Below are positions 43,571 to 52,912 of a stretch of DNA of 64,000 bases, in pieces. The stretch's first letter is position 1, and each line of letters begins with the position of its first letter. The stretch is from assembly GCA_031253495.1 (NCBI GenBank), contig JAIRWC010000031.1, positions 31,077 to 95,076 of the forward strand, read 5' to 3'. The DNA comes from Oscillospiraceae bacterium. Lineage in GTDB: Bacteria > Bacillota > Clostridia > Oscillospirales > Ruminococcaceae. The translations under genes were made by a program, and so were the position numbers. The notes below the pieces were generated by a model. That model did no database searches. It had not been told where the DNA came from and was given only the letters and a program-made list of their open reading frames with translations.

Positions 43571-45363
43571 AAGCCGCTTTCCTTGTCTTTTTTCAAAATC
43601 GCGCATTGTTCGACGCCGCATCCGGCGCATTTTTCCGCGCAGCTCGCGGTGGTAACCCCGTCGTGCGCGCGTTTGTTCTCTTTTATCAAAAACTCTTCCG
43701 AAATCAGCATGTCGATATGCCCCCAAGGGAGCGGCTCGCCGTAGTCCCGCCGCCTGTTCGCGTAATATTCGGGTGATATTCCGCAATCGAGGAACGCCTT
43801 TTCCCATTTCGCGAAATCGAAATAATCGCTCCACGCGTCAAGCGAACAGCCGTTCTTCCACGCCGCGTGGACGACTTTCCCTATTTTTTCGTCCCCCCGC
43901 GCCAAAACCGCCTCCAAAAACGACATATTATAATCGGAACGGCTGATTTTTACCCTGCGGTTCTTGATTAACGACAGGAGGAGCTTTTGCCTTTCGTCGG
44001 CTTTCCCCCGTGAAATCATCGGTTCGTACTGGAACGGCGTAAACGGCTTGGGCACGAAGGTGGCGAGCGAAACGGAAACGGCGGGGGATTTTTTCGGGTT
44101 GATTTCATAAAACAGGCGTATAATCTTCTCGATTAAATCGTGAATACCTTTGACGTCCTCGTTCGTTTCGCCGGGCAGCCCTATCATAAAATACAGCTTC
44201 ACGGCGGAATACCCACCCCTGAACGCCGTTTCGCACCCTTTGAGGATATCGTCCTCCGTAATGTTTTTGTTGATTATATCGCGAAGGCGCTGCGTCCCCG
44301 CTTCAGGCGCGAAGGTAAGCCCGCTTTTCCGCACGCTTTTAACGCGTTCCAAAACCTCGCTCCCGAAATTGTCTATCCGCAGCGAGGGCAGCGACAGGCT
44401 GACGCCGTTCTTGTCCGTATAATCGGTTAAATCCCCGAGCAATCCGCCGATATCGGAATAATCGCTCGTAGACAGCGAACACAGCGAAACCTCGTCATAT
44501 CCGGAGCTTTCGCACAGGGCGCGGACGTCTTTTAAAACCGTCCCCCGCTTTTTTTCGCGGAACGGGCGGTAGATAAAACCCGCCTGACAGAACCGGCATC
44601 CCCTAACGCATCCCCGAAGCACCTCCGCGACGGCGCGGTCATGCACCGTTTCGACGAACGGCACGACAAACTCTTTCGGGAAAAAAACGCCGTCCAAATC
44701 GCCGATAACGCGTTTTTTCACTTTGTCGGACAATTCCGGAACGTATACCCCGCCGATTAACGCCGCTTTTTTTAAAAATTCCGCGCGGGGGGAGCCGTTC
44801 TTTTTACATTCGTTATACAGGTCGAGGAGTTCCGGCGTCGCCTCCTCGCCTTCGCCTATTACGAAAAGGTCGATAAAGTCGCGTAACGGTTCGGGGTTGC
44901 AGGCGCAGGGGCCGCCCGCGATTATCAAGGGATGGCCGTCGCCGCGCTCGCTCCTTAAAACGGGGATTCCCGCTAAATCCAGCATTGACAGAACCGTCGT
45001 GTAGCACAGCTCATATTGCAGGGTGAAACCAACGATATCGAAATCACGGACGCTTCCCCCGCTTTCAAGGGCGTACAGCAAGACGGAAGAAGCCCGCATC
45101 AAGCCTTCCATATCCGGAAACGGCATAAAAACGCGTTCGCAGCAATATTCGACGCGGCTGTTGATTAGGGAATACAGGATTTTCATACCCAGATGCGACA
45201 TCCCGATTTCATAAACGTCGGGAAAGCAAAGGGCGAAGCGCAAATCAACCCCTTCCGGGTCTTTGCGAACCGCGTTGACCTCGCCCCCCGTATACCGGGC
45301 GGGTCTTTGCGTTTTCAGCAACAATCCGTCAATTCCGCGAACGTCCATACCTTTGCGTTTCAC
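43567..45363 (-). CDS. radical SAM protein (TIGR03960-like, B12-binding-domain type)
   Basis: It has QRPARYTGGEVN and the cluster motif CVRGCRFC. It starts at a GTG that overlaps the patatin stop, or alternatively at the ATG at 45348. Confidence 0.8.
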   Translation of the reverse strand: MKRKGMDVRGIDGLLLKTQRPARYTGGEVNAVRKDPEGVDLRFALCFPDVYEIGMSHLGMKILYSLINSRVEYCCERVFMPFPDMEGLMRASSVLLYALESGGSVRDFDIVGFTLQYELCYTTVLSMLDLAGIPVLRSERGDGHPLIIAGGPCACNPEPLRDFIDLFVIGEGEEATPELLDLYNECKKNGSPRAEFLKKAALIGGVYVPELSDKVKKRVIGDLDGVFFPKEFVVPFVETVHDRAVAEVLRGCVRGCRFCQAGFIYRPFREKKRGTVLKDVRALCESSGYDEVSLCSLSTSDYSDIGGLLGDLTDYTDKNGVSLSLPSLRIDNFGSEVLERVKSVRKSGLTFAPEAGTQRLRDIINKNITEDDILKGCETAFRGGYSAVKLYFMIGLPGETNEDVKGIHDLIEKIIRLFYEINPKKSPAVSVSLATFVPKPFTPFQYEPMISRGKADERQKLLLSLIKNRRVKISRSDYNMSFLEAVLARGDEKIGKVVHAAWKNGCSLDAWSDYFDFAKWEKAFLDCGISPEYYANRRRDYGEPLPWGHIDMLISEEFLIKENKRAHDGVTTASCAEKCAGCGVEQCAILKKDKESGL

Positions 45364-46274
45364 CTTTCGCGACGGCGCAACCCCCTCAAAACCTTGAGCG
45401 CGCGCAACCCCTCGCGCTCGCCTTCGTCGTATAATCTAAGCAGCTTTTCTGAGTCGTTGCCCGTCCTGTCAAATTCGAGCGGCTTTTCCGGCCGGATAAT
45501 CAGCGCGCGCCCGCTTTTTTCAAGTTCCTCGCATAACGCCGACTGCCTGTTGTATACCTCGTGCCTGTTTAAAAGCGCTTCCCTGAGTTTCGGATATTTG
45601 CCGTAAAACAGCTTCGATATTATTTTCCCTTTGAACGGCGGTTTTACATACCCTTTGTTCCGCGTCAGCACGATTACGTGGAACGAGTTGCCGTCCTCCA
45701 ACGACTTTTCTATCGGAATGGGCGCGAGTATTCCGCCGTCCAAAAGCGTCATGCCTTTGAACTTGACGGGCTTCGCCGCGAAAGGCACGGAGCATGACGC
45801 GCGGGAAGCGGTGAATTCCCCGTCGACGTCCTCCTTTTCAAACCAAACCGTTTCTCCCCGGACGCAATCGGTGGCCCCCGTCAGAAAACGGGCGGGACAG
45901 GCTTCAAACATTTCCCTGTCCCAAAAAATATGCCTGTTCGGTATGGTTTTGAAAATATAGTCGTACCCGAACAGCGAGCCGTACTTAAGCAAATTCCGCT
46001 TGCTCACATACTCGTGCCTGCAAACGTAACGCTCCGCGATTTCACGGTTTCGCCCGTACTGCCCCGCGACGTAGGACAAGGCGTTGGCGCACCCCGCCGA
46101 AACGCCGACGATATAGGGGAACATCACGCTTTCTTTCAAAAAAGCGTCCATTACCCCCGCGCTGAAAAAGCCGCGCGTCCCCCCGCCCTCAAGCGCCAGT
46201 GCGAAACCTCGGGGGAGCGTTTCGGCGCACTTTACGCCTTTGATAACGGGGCGCGTGTAACTCGGATTAGTCAT
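45360..46274 (-). CDS. patatin-like phospholipase
   Basis: It has the oxyanion motif EGGGTRG, the nucleophile GVSAG, and the catalytic Asp motif LLDGGI. Confidence 0.88.
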   Translation of the reverse strand: MTNPSYTRPVIKGVKCAETLPRGFALALEGGGTRGFFSAGVMDAFLKESVMFPYIVGVSAGCANALSYVAGQYGRNREIAERYVCRHEYVSKRNLLKYGSLFGYDYIFKTIPNRHIFWDREMFEACPARFLTGATDCVRGETVWFEKEDVDGEFTASRASCSVPFAAKPVKFKGMTLLDGGILAPIPIEKSLEDGNSFHVIVLTRNKGYVKPPFKGKIISKLFYGKYPKLREALLNRHEVYNRQSALCEELEKSGRALIIRPEKPLEFDRTGNDSEKLLRLYDEGEREGLRALKVLRGLRRRER

Positions 46275-48453
46275 AGTCCTCGTCTTTAAACGGTTCTTCC
46301 GGATTTACGAACGGGTTCGCGGCGCTTTTCTTAAAAATCGCGTCCATAACGCGCTTGGTCTTATGCGATACGGCGGGACTCTCGTCCTCGCTTTCAAAAC
46401 CGTCCTTGCGTTCAATCCCCGATAAAATTTCAGAGAATTTATCCGGCTGCCCGGGTCTTTCAAAGGAAAGCAAAGGCGGTTGTCTCGAAACGGTCTTTTC
46501 CTCGACGGATTCCGGTTTCGCGGCGGGCGGCGCGTCGAGCGTTTCGCCGCCGCCGCTTTCGTTTGCGTCGTCAACTTTTATTATTTCCCTTATAAACGGG
46601 TTTTTCAGCAGGCTGCCTTTTTCATATTTGGCGTTGGCGGGGCGCGTTTCGTTCTCATAATCCGTTTCGGCGGTTTTTTTCCGTCCGCGCCCGCGGTTGT
46701 TGACCGCGCCGGTTTGGTACACCCTGACGAAATCGTCTATTTTATCCCCCGCCGTCTCTTCCCGGGAATAAACCTTCACGTCGTTTCGGGTTTCCGAAAC
46801 GGCGGCGGGCGGTTCGGGTTCCGGGGCGAAACCCGGGGGGTCGTCCGTTTCCGGCGGTTTTGCCTCCGATGAAATGTGGTTGTTTATCCCGACGACGTTC
46901 ACCCCCGCCGGAATAACGCCTTTTATTACCTTGGGAATCGGCGGGGGCGGCGGGGCGGCGGGAACGTTGACCGGATAATATCCCGGGTTGACGGCGTAAG
47001 GGACGGCCGTCGAAACCCCCAACAAGTCGCCGAGCGTTTCGCGCTTTTCGGGAACCGCGCTTCTGTCAATCTTCTCGAAAACGAACGGTCTTATTTCCCG
47101 CCCCGATTTGTCATAATCCCCGCCCCCGTTTTCCTTTTTGCTTTTCTTTTTGGCGTCGGAAGCCGCGCGTTCCGCGGCGGGTTCGTCGTCTTTGTAAAGG
47201 ATGGCGCGCGAACGCGACGGGAAGCTGATAGTCCGCGAATATTCCGCGAAGTTCTCGAAATCGTCCATGCTCGCGCTGCCGTTTACGATATTTTCGCGGA
47301 TTAAGGTCATGTATCTGTACCAGTCTGAAAAATCGCGCTGGGTAATATCCGCGTTGACCCGCTCCGCCATTTCCTTGTAAAGCCGGTCGCACCTCGCGTA
47401 AAGCACGCTCGTGTCGGCGAGAACCGCGCGCCTCACGGGGTTCCCGCTTTCGCTCATGGCGTCAAGGCAGGTTCGCCCGTCGCCGCCCGCGACGGAACAA
47501 TAATCGAAATCGTATTCCTCGTCGCGCAGAAAGTATTCGCGGCAGCGGGCGCACCTTTGGATAACCGCGCCGCTTTCGATGAGCGCGTCTATCTCAAGGT
47601 CGATAACGGCCCTAAAGCTCTCGGGGATATAAACTCTGCTCGGCGTTTCGGGTATGGATTTGATAATCGTGTTGATAATGCTGTCGGATTCTTCGGGGAT
47701 ATACGCCTTAACCGCCGCGAAAGCGTCCATGTCCGTCTTGTCGGAAAGCCCCGCGTCCGTTTCCGCGCGCCCGTCGCCGCCGCTTTCTTCGCCGTATCTC
47801 AAATCGGTTAAAATATTGCGCATAATCTCGCGGCTCACGCCGCTCATCACGAACGGGGAATTGGGAATCCTTCCGGAGGAACACACGCGGCACGCCCCGC
47901 CGTCGCGGGAGTATCCCATCTCGTTCGCCGCGACGTTAAACAGCAAGTCGAAATATCCCGCCCGCGCCGACGCCATGGAAAACTTCGCCAGCTTTTTGCC
48001 GAAGATAAACTCGACCTTTCTGCCGGCGTATTCTTGGATTTTCAGGATATTCACCCATTGGTTAATGGCGTAATTGTACCTGTATTCGCATAACCGCGCG
48101 AATATCGCCCTCTCGAACTCGTTTTTGCAGGATGAAAAGCTGTTCCAAAGCGTGGGGGCGTTGATTTCGTTCTGGCGGCAGATATACTCAATCCAACAGT
48201 CCGCGACGATTTTCTCAAAAACGCCGCGCATATTCTTCTCGTAATATTTATGGCAGGGGCTTATGGAATTTCGCAAAGCCGCCGCCTCGTCGCGGGGGTA
48301 TTCCCCCTTTTTCATGGAAATCCTGCACAGGTCCGTGCACCGCTCCATGAAAACGGTAAAATCGTACTTGATAAATTTTATCAGGTTGCGCGGAAAATAC
48401 AGGGCGTATATCTCGTTTGAGTTTTTCCCCGTAAGGTTAAGCGTTCTGTTCAA
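46267..48453 (-). CDS. large hypothetical protein (728 aa) with a Cys-rich N-terminal domain, a Pro-rich linker and an acidic tail
   Basis: The ORF is long and uninterrupted with a TTG start after a GGGGAAGGGGG SD-like run. CxxC pairs are present (CRVCSS, CARCREY...C...C), along with a PPPPPIP stretch. I recognised no family. Confidence 0.6.
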   Translation of the reverse strand: MNRTLNLTGKNSNEIYALYFPRNLIKFIKYDFTVFMERCTDLCRISMKKGEYPRDEAAALRNSISPCHKYYEKNMRGVFEKIVADCWIEYICRQNEINAPTLWNSFSSCKNEFERAIFARLCEYRYNYAINQWVNILKIQEYAGRKVEFIFGKKLAKFSMASARAGYFDLLFNVAANEMGYSRDGGACRVCSSGRIPNSPFVMSGVSREIMRNILTDLRYGEESGGDGRAETDAGLSDKTDMDAFAAVKAYIPEESDSIINTIIKSIPETPSRVYIPESFRAVIDLEIDALIESGAVIQRCARCREYFLRDEEYDFDYCSVAGGDGRTCLDAMSESGNPVRRAVLADTSVLYARCDRLYKEMAERVNADITQRDFSDWYRYMTLIRENIVNGSASMDDFENFAEYSRTISFPSRSRAILYKDDEPAAERAASDAKKKSKKENGGGDYDKSGREIRPFVFEKIDRSAVPEKRETLGDLLGVSTAVPYAVNPGYYPVNVPAAPPPPPIPKVIKGVIPAGVNVVGINNHISSEAKPPETDDPPGFAPEPEPPAAVSETRNDVKVYSREETAGDKIDDFVRVYQTGAVNNRGRGRKKTAETDYENETRPANAKYEKGSLLKNPFIREIIKVDDANESGGGETLDAPPAAKPESVEEKTVSRQPPLLSFERPGQPDKFSEILSGIERKDGFESEDESPAVSHKTKRVMDAIFKKSAANPFVNPEEPFKDEDYD

Positions 48454-48497
48454 TTTTGACGCCCCCTTCCCCTTTTTCCTTTAAACGAGAAACGGTA

Positions 48498-49373
48498 TTA
48501 ATCGCCGTTTTCGGCGGTTTTTGTCATTTCCGGAGTCTGCGTCATCGGCGGCTGAGCGGTAACGACGTACGATTCGCCGTCGTCGTCGTCAAACTCCTCG
48601 TTGCGGACGATTTTCCCGTTCGCGTCTATTTCGACGAACCGCCCGTCGAACCACAGCTTATCGTCGGCGACCCACCTTATGTCGGGATTTGAGGAATACT
48701 TTACGGTTCCCGCCTTAACGCAGCCGAGTACCCGCTCGCAGACAAGAAACGGGTATTTTTTGTCCCGCCCCGTCGCTTCGATATAATACGTGGCGAAGCG
48801 GTTGTCGTCGGTTTCGGGGTCGACGTACGCCACCAACCGATACGGCCCGATTTCCCCGCCGCCTTTGGCGTATTCCGTATAATTCCCGTCGCGTTGGGAA
48901 AAGTCCATATCCACCGGCACCGGTATCCTTATCGTAAGCATTTCAAGCGTCAGGTAACCCAACACGGCAAGGAAGAATATTATCATATAAGTCGTTCCCA
49001 ATATTACCTTAAGCGATTCGTTTACCCCCGACGCGAAAAACACGACGGTGGCGGTAACAAAGGCGGGCGCCACAAGATACCAGTTCCCGAACCCGAAAAT
49101 CAGCATAACAAGTATGAAAGGGTGCATAAAACCGACGACGATTTGCGTCAGTATCTGTTTCCTCGTGTAAATCATCGCTATCCCGAAAATTATGTTTATG
49201 AATAAATACAGCAAAAACAGCGCGGCGGGGTTTTCGTACACGAAATAATACGCGAAAGTCAGCCACGCGACCCGCGCCAAAAACGCGCCGTAACCCAACG
49301 AAAGCAGGGAAAAGCCCAATTTTGTCCATTTATTGCCGAAAAAGGCGAAGATTTTGTTTAAAGCTTTGCTCAT
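48498..49373 (-). CDS. multi-pass membrane protein with a C-terminal extracytoplasmic domain (hypothetical)
   Basis: The ATG at 49373 follows GAGGTGG. It has about 5 hydrophobic helices and then a soluble domain of about 140 aa. Confidence 0.6.
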   Translation of the reverse strand: MSKALNKIFAFFGNKWTKLGFSLLSLGYGAFLARVAWLTFAYYFVYENPAALFLLYLFINIIFGIAMIYTRKQILTQIVVGFMHPFILVMLIFGFGNWYLVAPAFVTATVVFFASGVNESLKVILGTTYMIIFFLAVLGYLTLEMLTIRIPVPVDMDFSQRDGNYTEYAKGGGEIGPYRLVAYVDPETDDNRFATYYIEATGRDKKYPFLVCERVLGCVKAGTVKYSSNPDIRWVADDKLWFDGRFVEIDANGKIVRNEEFDDDDGESYVVTAQPPMTQTPEMTKTAENGD

Positions 49374-49397
49374 ATGATAAATCCACCTCAACTGTAT

Positions 49398-49426
49398 ATT
49401 GTATACTATTTGACGAAAAAATTCAA
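49398..49426 (-). promoter_or_regulatory. sigma-A promoter for the minus-strand operon
   Basis: On the minus strand TTGAAT lies at 49421-49426, followed by a 17-nt spacer and TACAAT at 49398-49403. Confidence 0.55.
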
Positions 49427-49476
49427 GTAATTTTCAGTGTTTTGTTCAAAAAGATTTCCCCAAAATCAAAAATCGC

Positions 49477-49505
49477 TTGCATTTATTCTTGAAATGATGT
49501 AAAAT
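49477..49505 (+). promoter_or_regulatory. sigma-A promoter for efp
   Basis: TTGCAT lies at 49477-49482, followed by a 17-nt spacer and TAAAAT at 49500-49505. Confidence 0.6.
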
Positions 49506-49539
49506 GATAAGTACAACCGAGGGGAGGGATTGAATAATT

Positions 49540-50103
49540 ATGATAACGGCCGGAGAATTCAGGAACGGCGTAACTTTCGAGGAGGACGGCAACGTGATGC
49601 AGGTCGTCGAGTTCCAACACGTGAAGCCGGGTAAGGGTGCCGCGTTCGTGCGGACAAAGGTTCGCAACGTCATAACCGGTTCGGTGGTGGAAAAGTCGTA
49701 TAACCCGACGGCTAAGTTTGAAAACGCCTATGTGGAACGGCGCAATATGGAATACACTTATTCGGACGGCGATTTATACTATTTCATGGACGGCGAAACC
49801 TACGAGCAGGTTCCGGTCAATAAAGCCGAGCTTGGCGACAATTTCAAATTTGTGAAAGAGAACATGGTTTGCATGGTGCTTTCTTACAAAGGAAAGGTTT
49901 TCGGGGTGGAGCCGCCGAACTTTGTGGAGCTGGAAATTACCGAAACCGACCCCGGGTTTAAGGGGGATACCGCCACTAACACCCTAAAGCCCGCCACCCT
50001 CGAAACCGGCGCCGTCGTAAGGGTGCCGCTGTTCATCGAGCCGGGCGAAATTATCCGGATAGACACGCGCACGGGCGAGTACATGGAACGCGCGAACAAA
50101 TAA
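49540..50103 (+). CDS. efp: elongation factor P
   Basis: The translation is [47 protein letters not shown]. Confidence 0.95.
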   Translation: MITAGEFRNGVTFEEDGNVMQVVEFQHVKPGKGAAFVRTKVRNVITGSVVEKSYNPTAKFENAYVERRNMEYTYSDGDLYYFMDGETYEQVPVNKAELGDNFKFVKENMVCMVLSYKGKVFGVEPPNFVELEITETDPGFKGDTATNTLKPATLETGAVVRVPLFIEPGEIIRIDTRTGEYMERANK

Positions 50104-50124
50104 ATTTTACGAAGGAGAACGACC

Positions 50125-50541
50125 ATGAAAACCATTTCCGAAAAAGTGGCCTATATCGAAGGCTTGACCGACGGGTTAAAAATTGACGGCGGCACGAACG
50201 AGGGGAAAATCATCCTCGCCTTAATCGACGTTTTGAAAGACGTCGCCGCGGAGCTTGAAGACGTTGACGAAACCCTCGACGATATGGCGGAAATCGTTTC
50301 CGATATCGAGGAGAGCGTTTATGAAATCGAGGACGAGATTTTCGGGAGCGGCGAACTCCCCGATTATGACTTTGAGGACAATTTGTATGAAATAACCTGC
50401 CGCAACTGCGACAACACCGTTTCGGTGGACGCGGGCATGCTGGAGGAGGGTTTTGTGAAATGCCCCAACTGCGGAAGCAAAATCGAGTTCGACATCGATA
50501 TAATAGACAGCGACGAGTGTGACAGCGGGCACGACAGATAG
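50125..50541 (+). CDS. CD1247-N-terminal-domain-like small acidic protein with a C-terminal zinc ribbon
   Basis: It starts KVAYIEGLTDGLKID and has the ribbon CRNC...CPNCG. It sits in the conserved position right after efp in Clostridia (from memory). Confidence 0.6.
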   Translation: MKTISEKVAYIEGLTDGLKIDGGTNEGKIILALIDVLKDVAAELEDVDETLDDMAEIVSDIEESVYEIEDEIFGSGELPDYDFEDNLYEITCRNCDNTVSVDAGMLEEGFVKCPNCGSKIEFDIDIIDSDECDSGHDR

Positions 50542-50549
50542 GGAGCGGT

Positions 50550-52874
50550 ATGTCAAAGAAAAGCGGAATTTCAATCGAGAAAATAAAAACGCTGGCCGAA
50601 AACCCAATCGCGGGCTTGCTTGAAAAAGCCGCAAATGACAGGAATTACGCGTTGGCGGCGTGCTGCAACGCCGCGAAAACCGCGTTGTCCGTAACTCCGT
50701 TCGACGAACAGCTTTACGCCGCCGAAGCCTTGTACGGCAAAAAAATCGTTGAAATGAAAACGGGCGAGGGCAAAACCCTCGCGGCTGTTTTCGCGGCGTT
50801 TTTGGCGCGTCTCGACGGCAGGAAAGTCCATATCCTCACCTTTAACGATTATTTGGCCAAACGCGATTATAATTGGATGAAGCCGGTGTACGCCCTCCTC
50901 GGGACGCAAATCGCGGTCATAACCGAAAAAACGACTCCGGAAGAACGGCGGGCGGCTTATAAATCCGACGTCGTTTATTGCGCGGTGAAAGAAAGCGGTT
51001 TCGATTTTTTGCGCGATTTTACGGTGTACGACAAGTCGGAGAGACTGCACGACTACCGTTCGGGGGCGGGCGCCCTTGATTTCGCGATATTCGACGAGGC
51101 TGACAGCGTTTTAATCGACGAGGCGCGGATACCTTTGGTAATCGCGGCGGACGCGGACGCTTTCATAAGCGGCGGTTTCGCCGAAATATACGACTTTGTA
51201 AAAAACTTCGACGACGGCGATTATGAAACGGACGACGAAAACGAGACCGTCTTTTTGACGGACGGCGGCGTAAAAAAAACGGAGGAGCGTTACGGCGCGG
51301 ACAACCTTTACGACGAGGAAAACCGCGATTTGCTCTGCGGCGTCAACGTTTGCCTGAAAGCCGCGTTTTATTTGAAGAAAGACAAGCATTACGTCGTTAA
51401 AGACGGCAAAATACGAATAATCGACGCGCTTACGGGGAGAATCGCCGAGAACAGGCTTTTCCCGGGGGCGCTGCAGTCGGCGGTCGAGGTTAAGCACGGG
51501 CTTAACGTTTCCGAAAGGGGCGTTATCGCCGGGGTGATTCCCATTCAATATTTCGCGCGGCAGTATAAGGACATAGCGGGAATGACCGGGACGGCGCTTC
51601 CGTCCGCCGAAGAGTTTGAGTTGCTTTACGGACTGCGCATAGAGGAAATTCCGCCGCGCGTTCCGTGCTCCAGAATCGACAACCCGATGGAGGTTTATCT
51701 CAACGGCGAGGCGAAATGGAACGCCGTCGTAAACGAAACCGCGCGGGTTCACAAAAAAAAGCAACCCGTCCTTATCGGGACCTCCACCATAGAGGAAAGC
51801 GAAATGCTCGCGTCGAAACTGAAAGACGCGGGCGTTTCCGGCGTTCGCGTGCTGAACGCCAAAAACGACGAGATGGAAGCGGAAATCATCAAAAACGCGG
51901 GCGAATTCGGCGCGGTTACGGTTTCCACGAATATGGCGGGGCGCGGCATCGACATTAAACTCGGTGGCTTCGACGAAACGACGAGGGACGAGGCGGTCGA
52001 AGCGGGCGGCCTTTTCGTAATAGGCACGGCGTTATACGAAAACGCGCGTATGAACGAACAGTTGAACGGGCGTTCGGGGCGGCAGGGCGACGCGGGCGAA
52101 ACCAAGCTGTTCGTCGCGCTTGACGACGATATTATGGTGAAATACGGGTTAAAGAAATTGCTCCCGAAAAGGCGCCTCCCCGATTTTACCGGGGGCAGGC
52201 TCACGGATAAAAACATAGTCCGCGAGGCAAAACGCATCCAAAGGATAGCGCAGGGCGATTTGCTGGAAGAGCGCAAACGGCTGTTGAAATTCACGATAAT
52301 AGGGGAAAAGCACCGCGATATAATCTTCAAGAAAAGATTGGAGTATTTAAGCGGGGAAACCAAGCCCGACATTTGGCAAAAACACGCGGAAGAGGAATAC
52401 GCGAAGGCGGCGGAAAAGTTCGGGGAGGAGGGGTTGAACGCCCTTCAGAAAGAGGTGATACTTTCCGCGATTAACGAGGTTTGGCGCGATTATCTTGAAT
52501 ACGCCTCCGATTTGCGCTCCGGCATCCATTTAAGGGCCGTCGCGGGCAGAAGCCCCGCCGAGGAATATAACATAGACTGTGAAACGTATTTCGGGGGTAT
52601 CGAGGAACGCCTGATAAAGAAGATAAACGACTGCCTCTTTGAAATATCCGGGCTTGGCGAATTAAGCGATTACGCCGTTTTTAAGCCGAAAAACACGCGG
52701 ACTTACCTGATGGAGGAAAGCGGCGACGAGTTGGTAAAAAAACCGTTTTTGCTTAACGCGTTCGGCGAAGAAGAAGAAGAAGAAAACGACGACGACGAAG
52801 ACGGCGCGGAGGGGGTCGGTCCGCGAAAGGGCGGCTTTTTCACAAAATTGTTCGGAGAAAAACGGGGGCGATGA
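50550..52874 (+). CDS. SecA-family preprotein translocase ATPase, short form (SecA2-like)
   Basis: It has EMKTGEGKT, FAIFDEADSVLIDEARIPLVI, MTGTA and STNMAGRGIDIKLGG. At 774 aa it has a truncated N-terminus and no C-terminal zinc-finger tail. Confidence 0.8.
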   Translation: MSKKSGISIEKIKTLAENPIAGLLEKAANDRNYALAACCNAAKTALSVTPFDEQLYAAEALYGKKIVEMKTGEGKTLAAVFAAFLARLDGRKVHILTFNDYLAKRDYNWMKPVYALLGTQIAVITEKTTPEERRAAYKSDVVYCAVKESGFDFLRDFTVYDKSERLHDYRSGAGALDFAIFDEADSVLIDEARIPLVIAADADAFISGGFAEIYDFVKNFDDGDYETDDENETVFLTDGGVKKTEERYGADNLYDEENRDLLCGVNVCLKAAFYLKKDKHYVVKDGKIRIIDALTGRIAENRLFPGALQSAVEVKHGLNVSERGVIAGVIPIQYFARQYKDIAGMTGTALPSAEEFELLYGLRIEEIPPRVPCSRIDNPMEVYLNGEAKWNAVVNETARVHKKKQPVLIGTSTIEESEMLASKLKDAGVSGVRVLNAKNDEMEAEIIKNAGEFGAVTVSTNMAGRGIDIKLGGFDETTRDEAVEAGGLFVIGTALYENARMNEQLNGRSGRQGDAGETKLFVALDDDIMVKYGLKKLLPKRRLPDFTGGRLTDKNIVREAKRIQRIAQGDLLEERKRLLKFTIIGEKHRDIIFKKRLEYLSGETKPDIWQKHAEEEYAKAAEKFGEEGLNALQKEVILSAINEVWRDYLEYASDLRSGIHLRAVAGRSPAEEYNIDCETYFGGIEERLIKKINDCLFEISGLGELSDYAVFKPKNTRTYLMEESGDELVKKPFLLNAFGEEEEEENDDDEDGAEGVGPRKGGFFTKLFGEKRGR

Positions 52875-52912
52875 TGACGGCACGGACGGGGGCGATGATG
52901 ACGGCACGGACG
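52865..52912. repeat. perfect 24-nt tandem duplication (ggggcgatgatgacggcacggacg x2) spanning the secA-like stop and the mnmE start
   Basis: I read it directly. It duplicates the ATGATG start region and gives MMTARTGAMMTARTVA. Confidence 0.9.
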
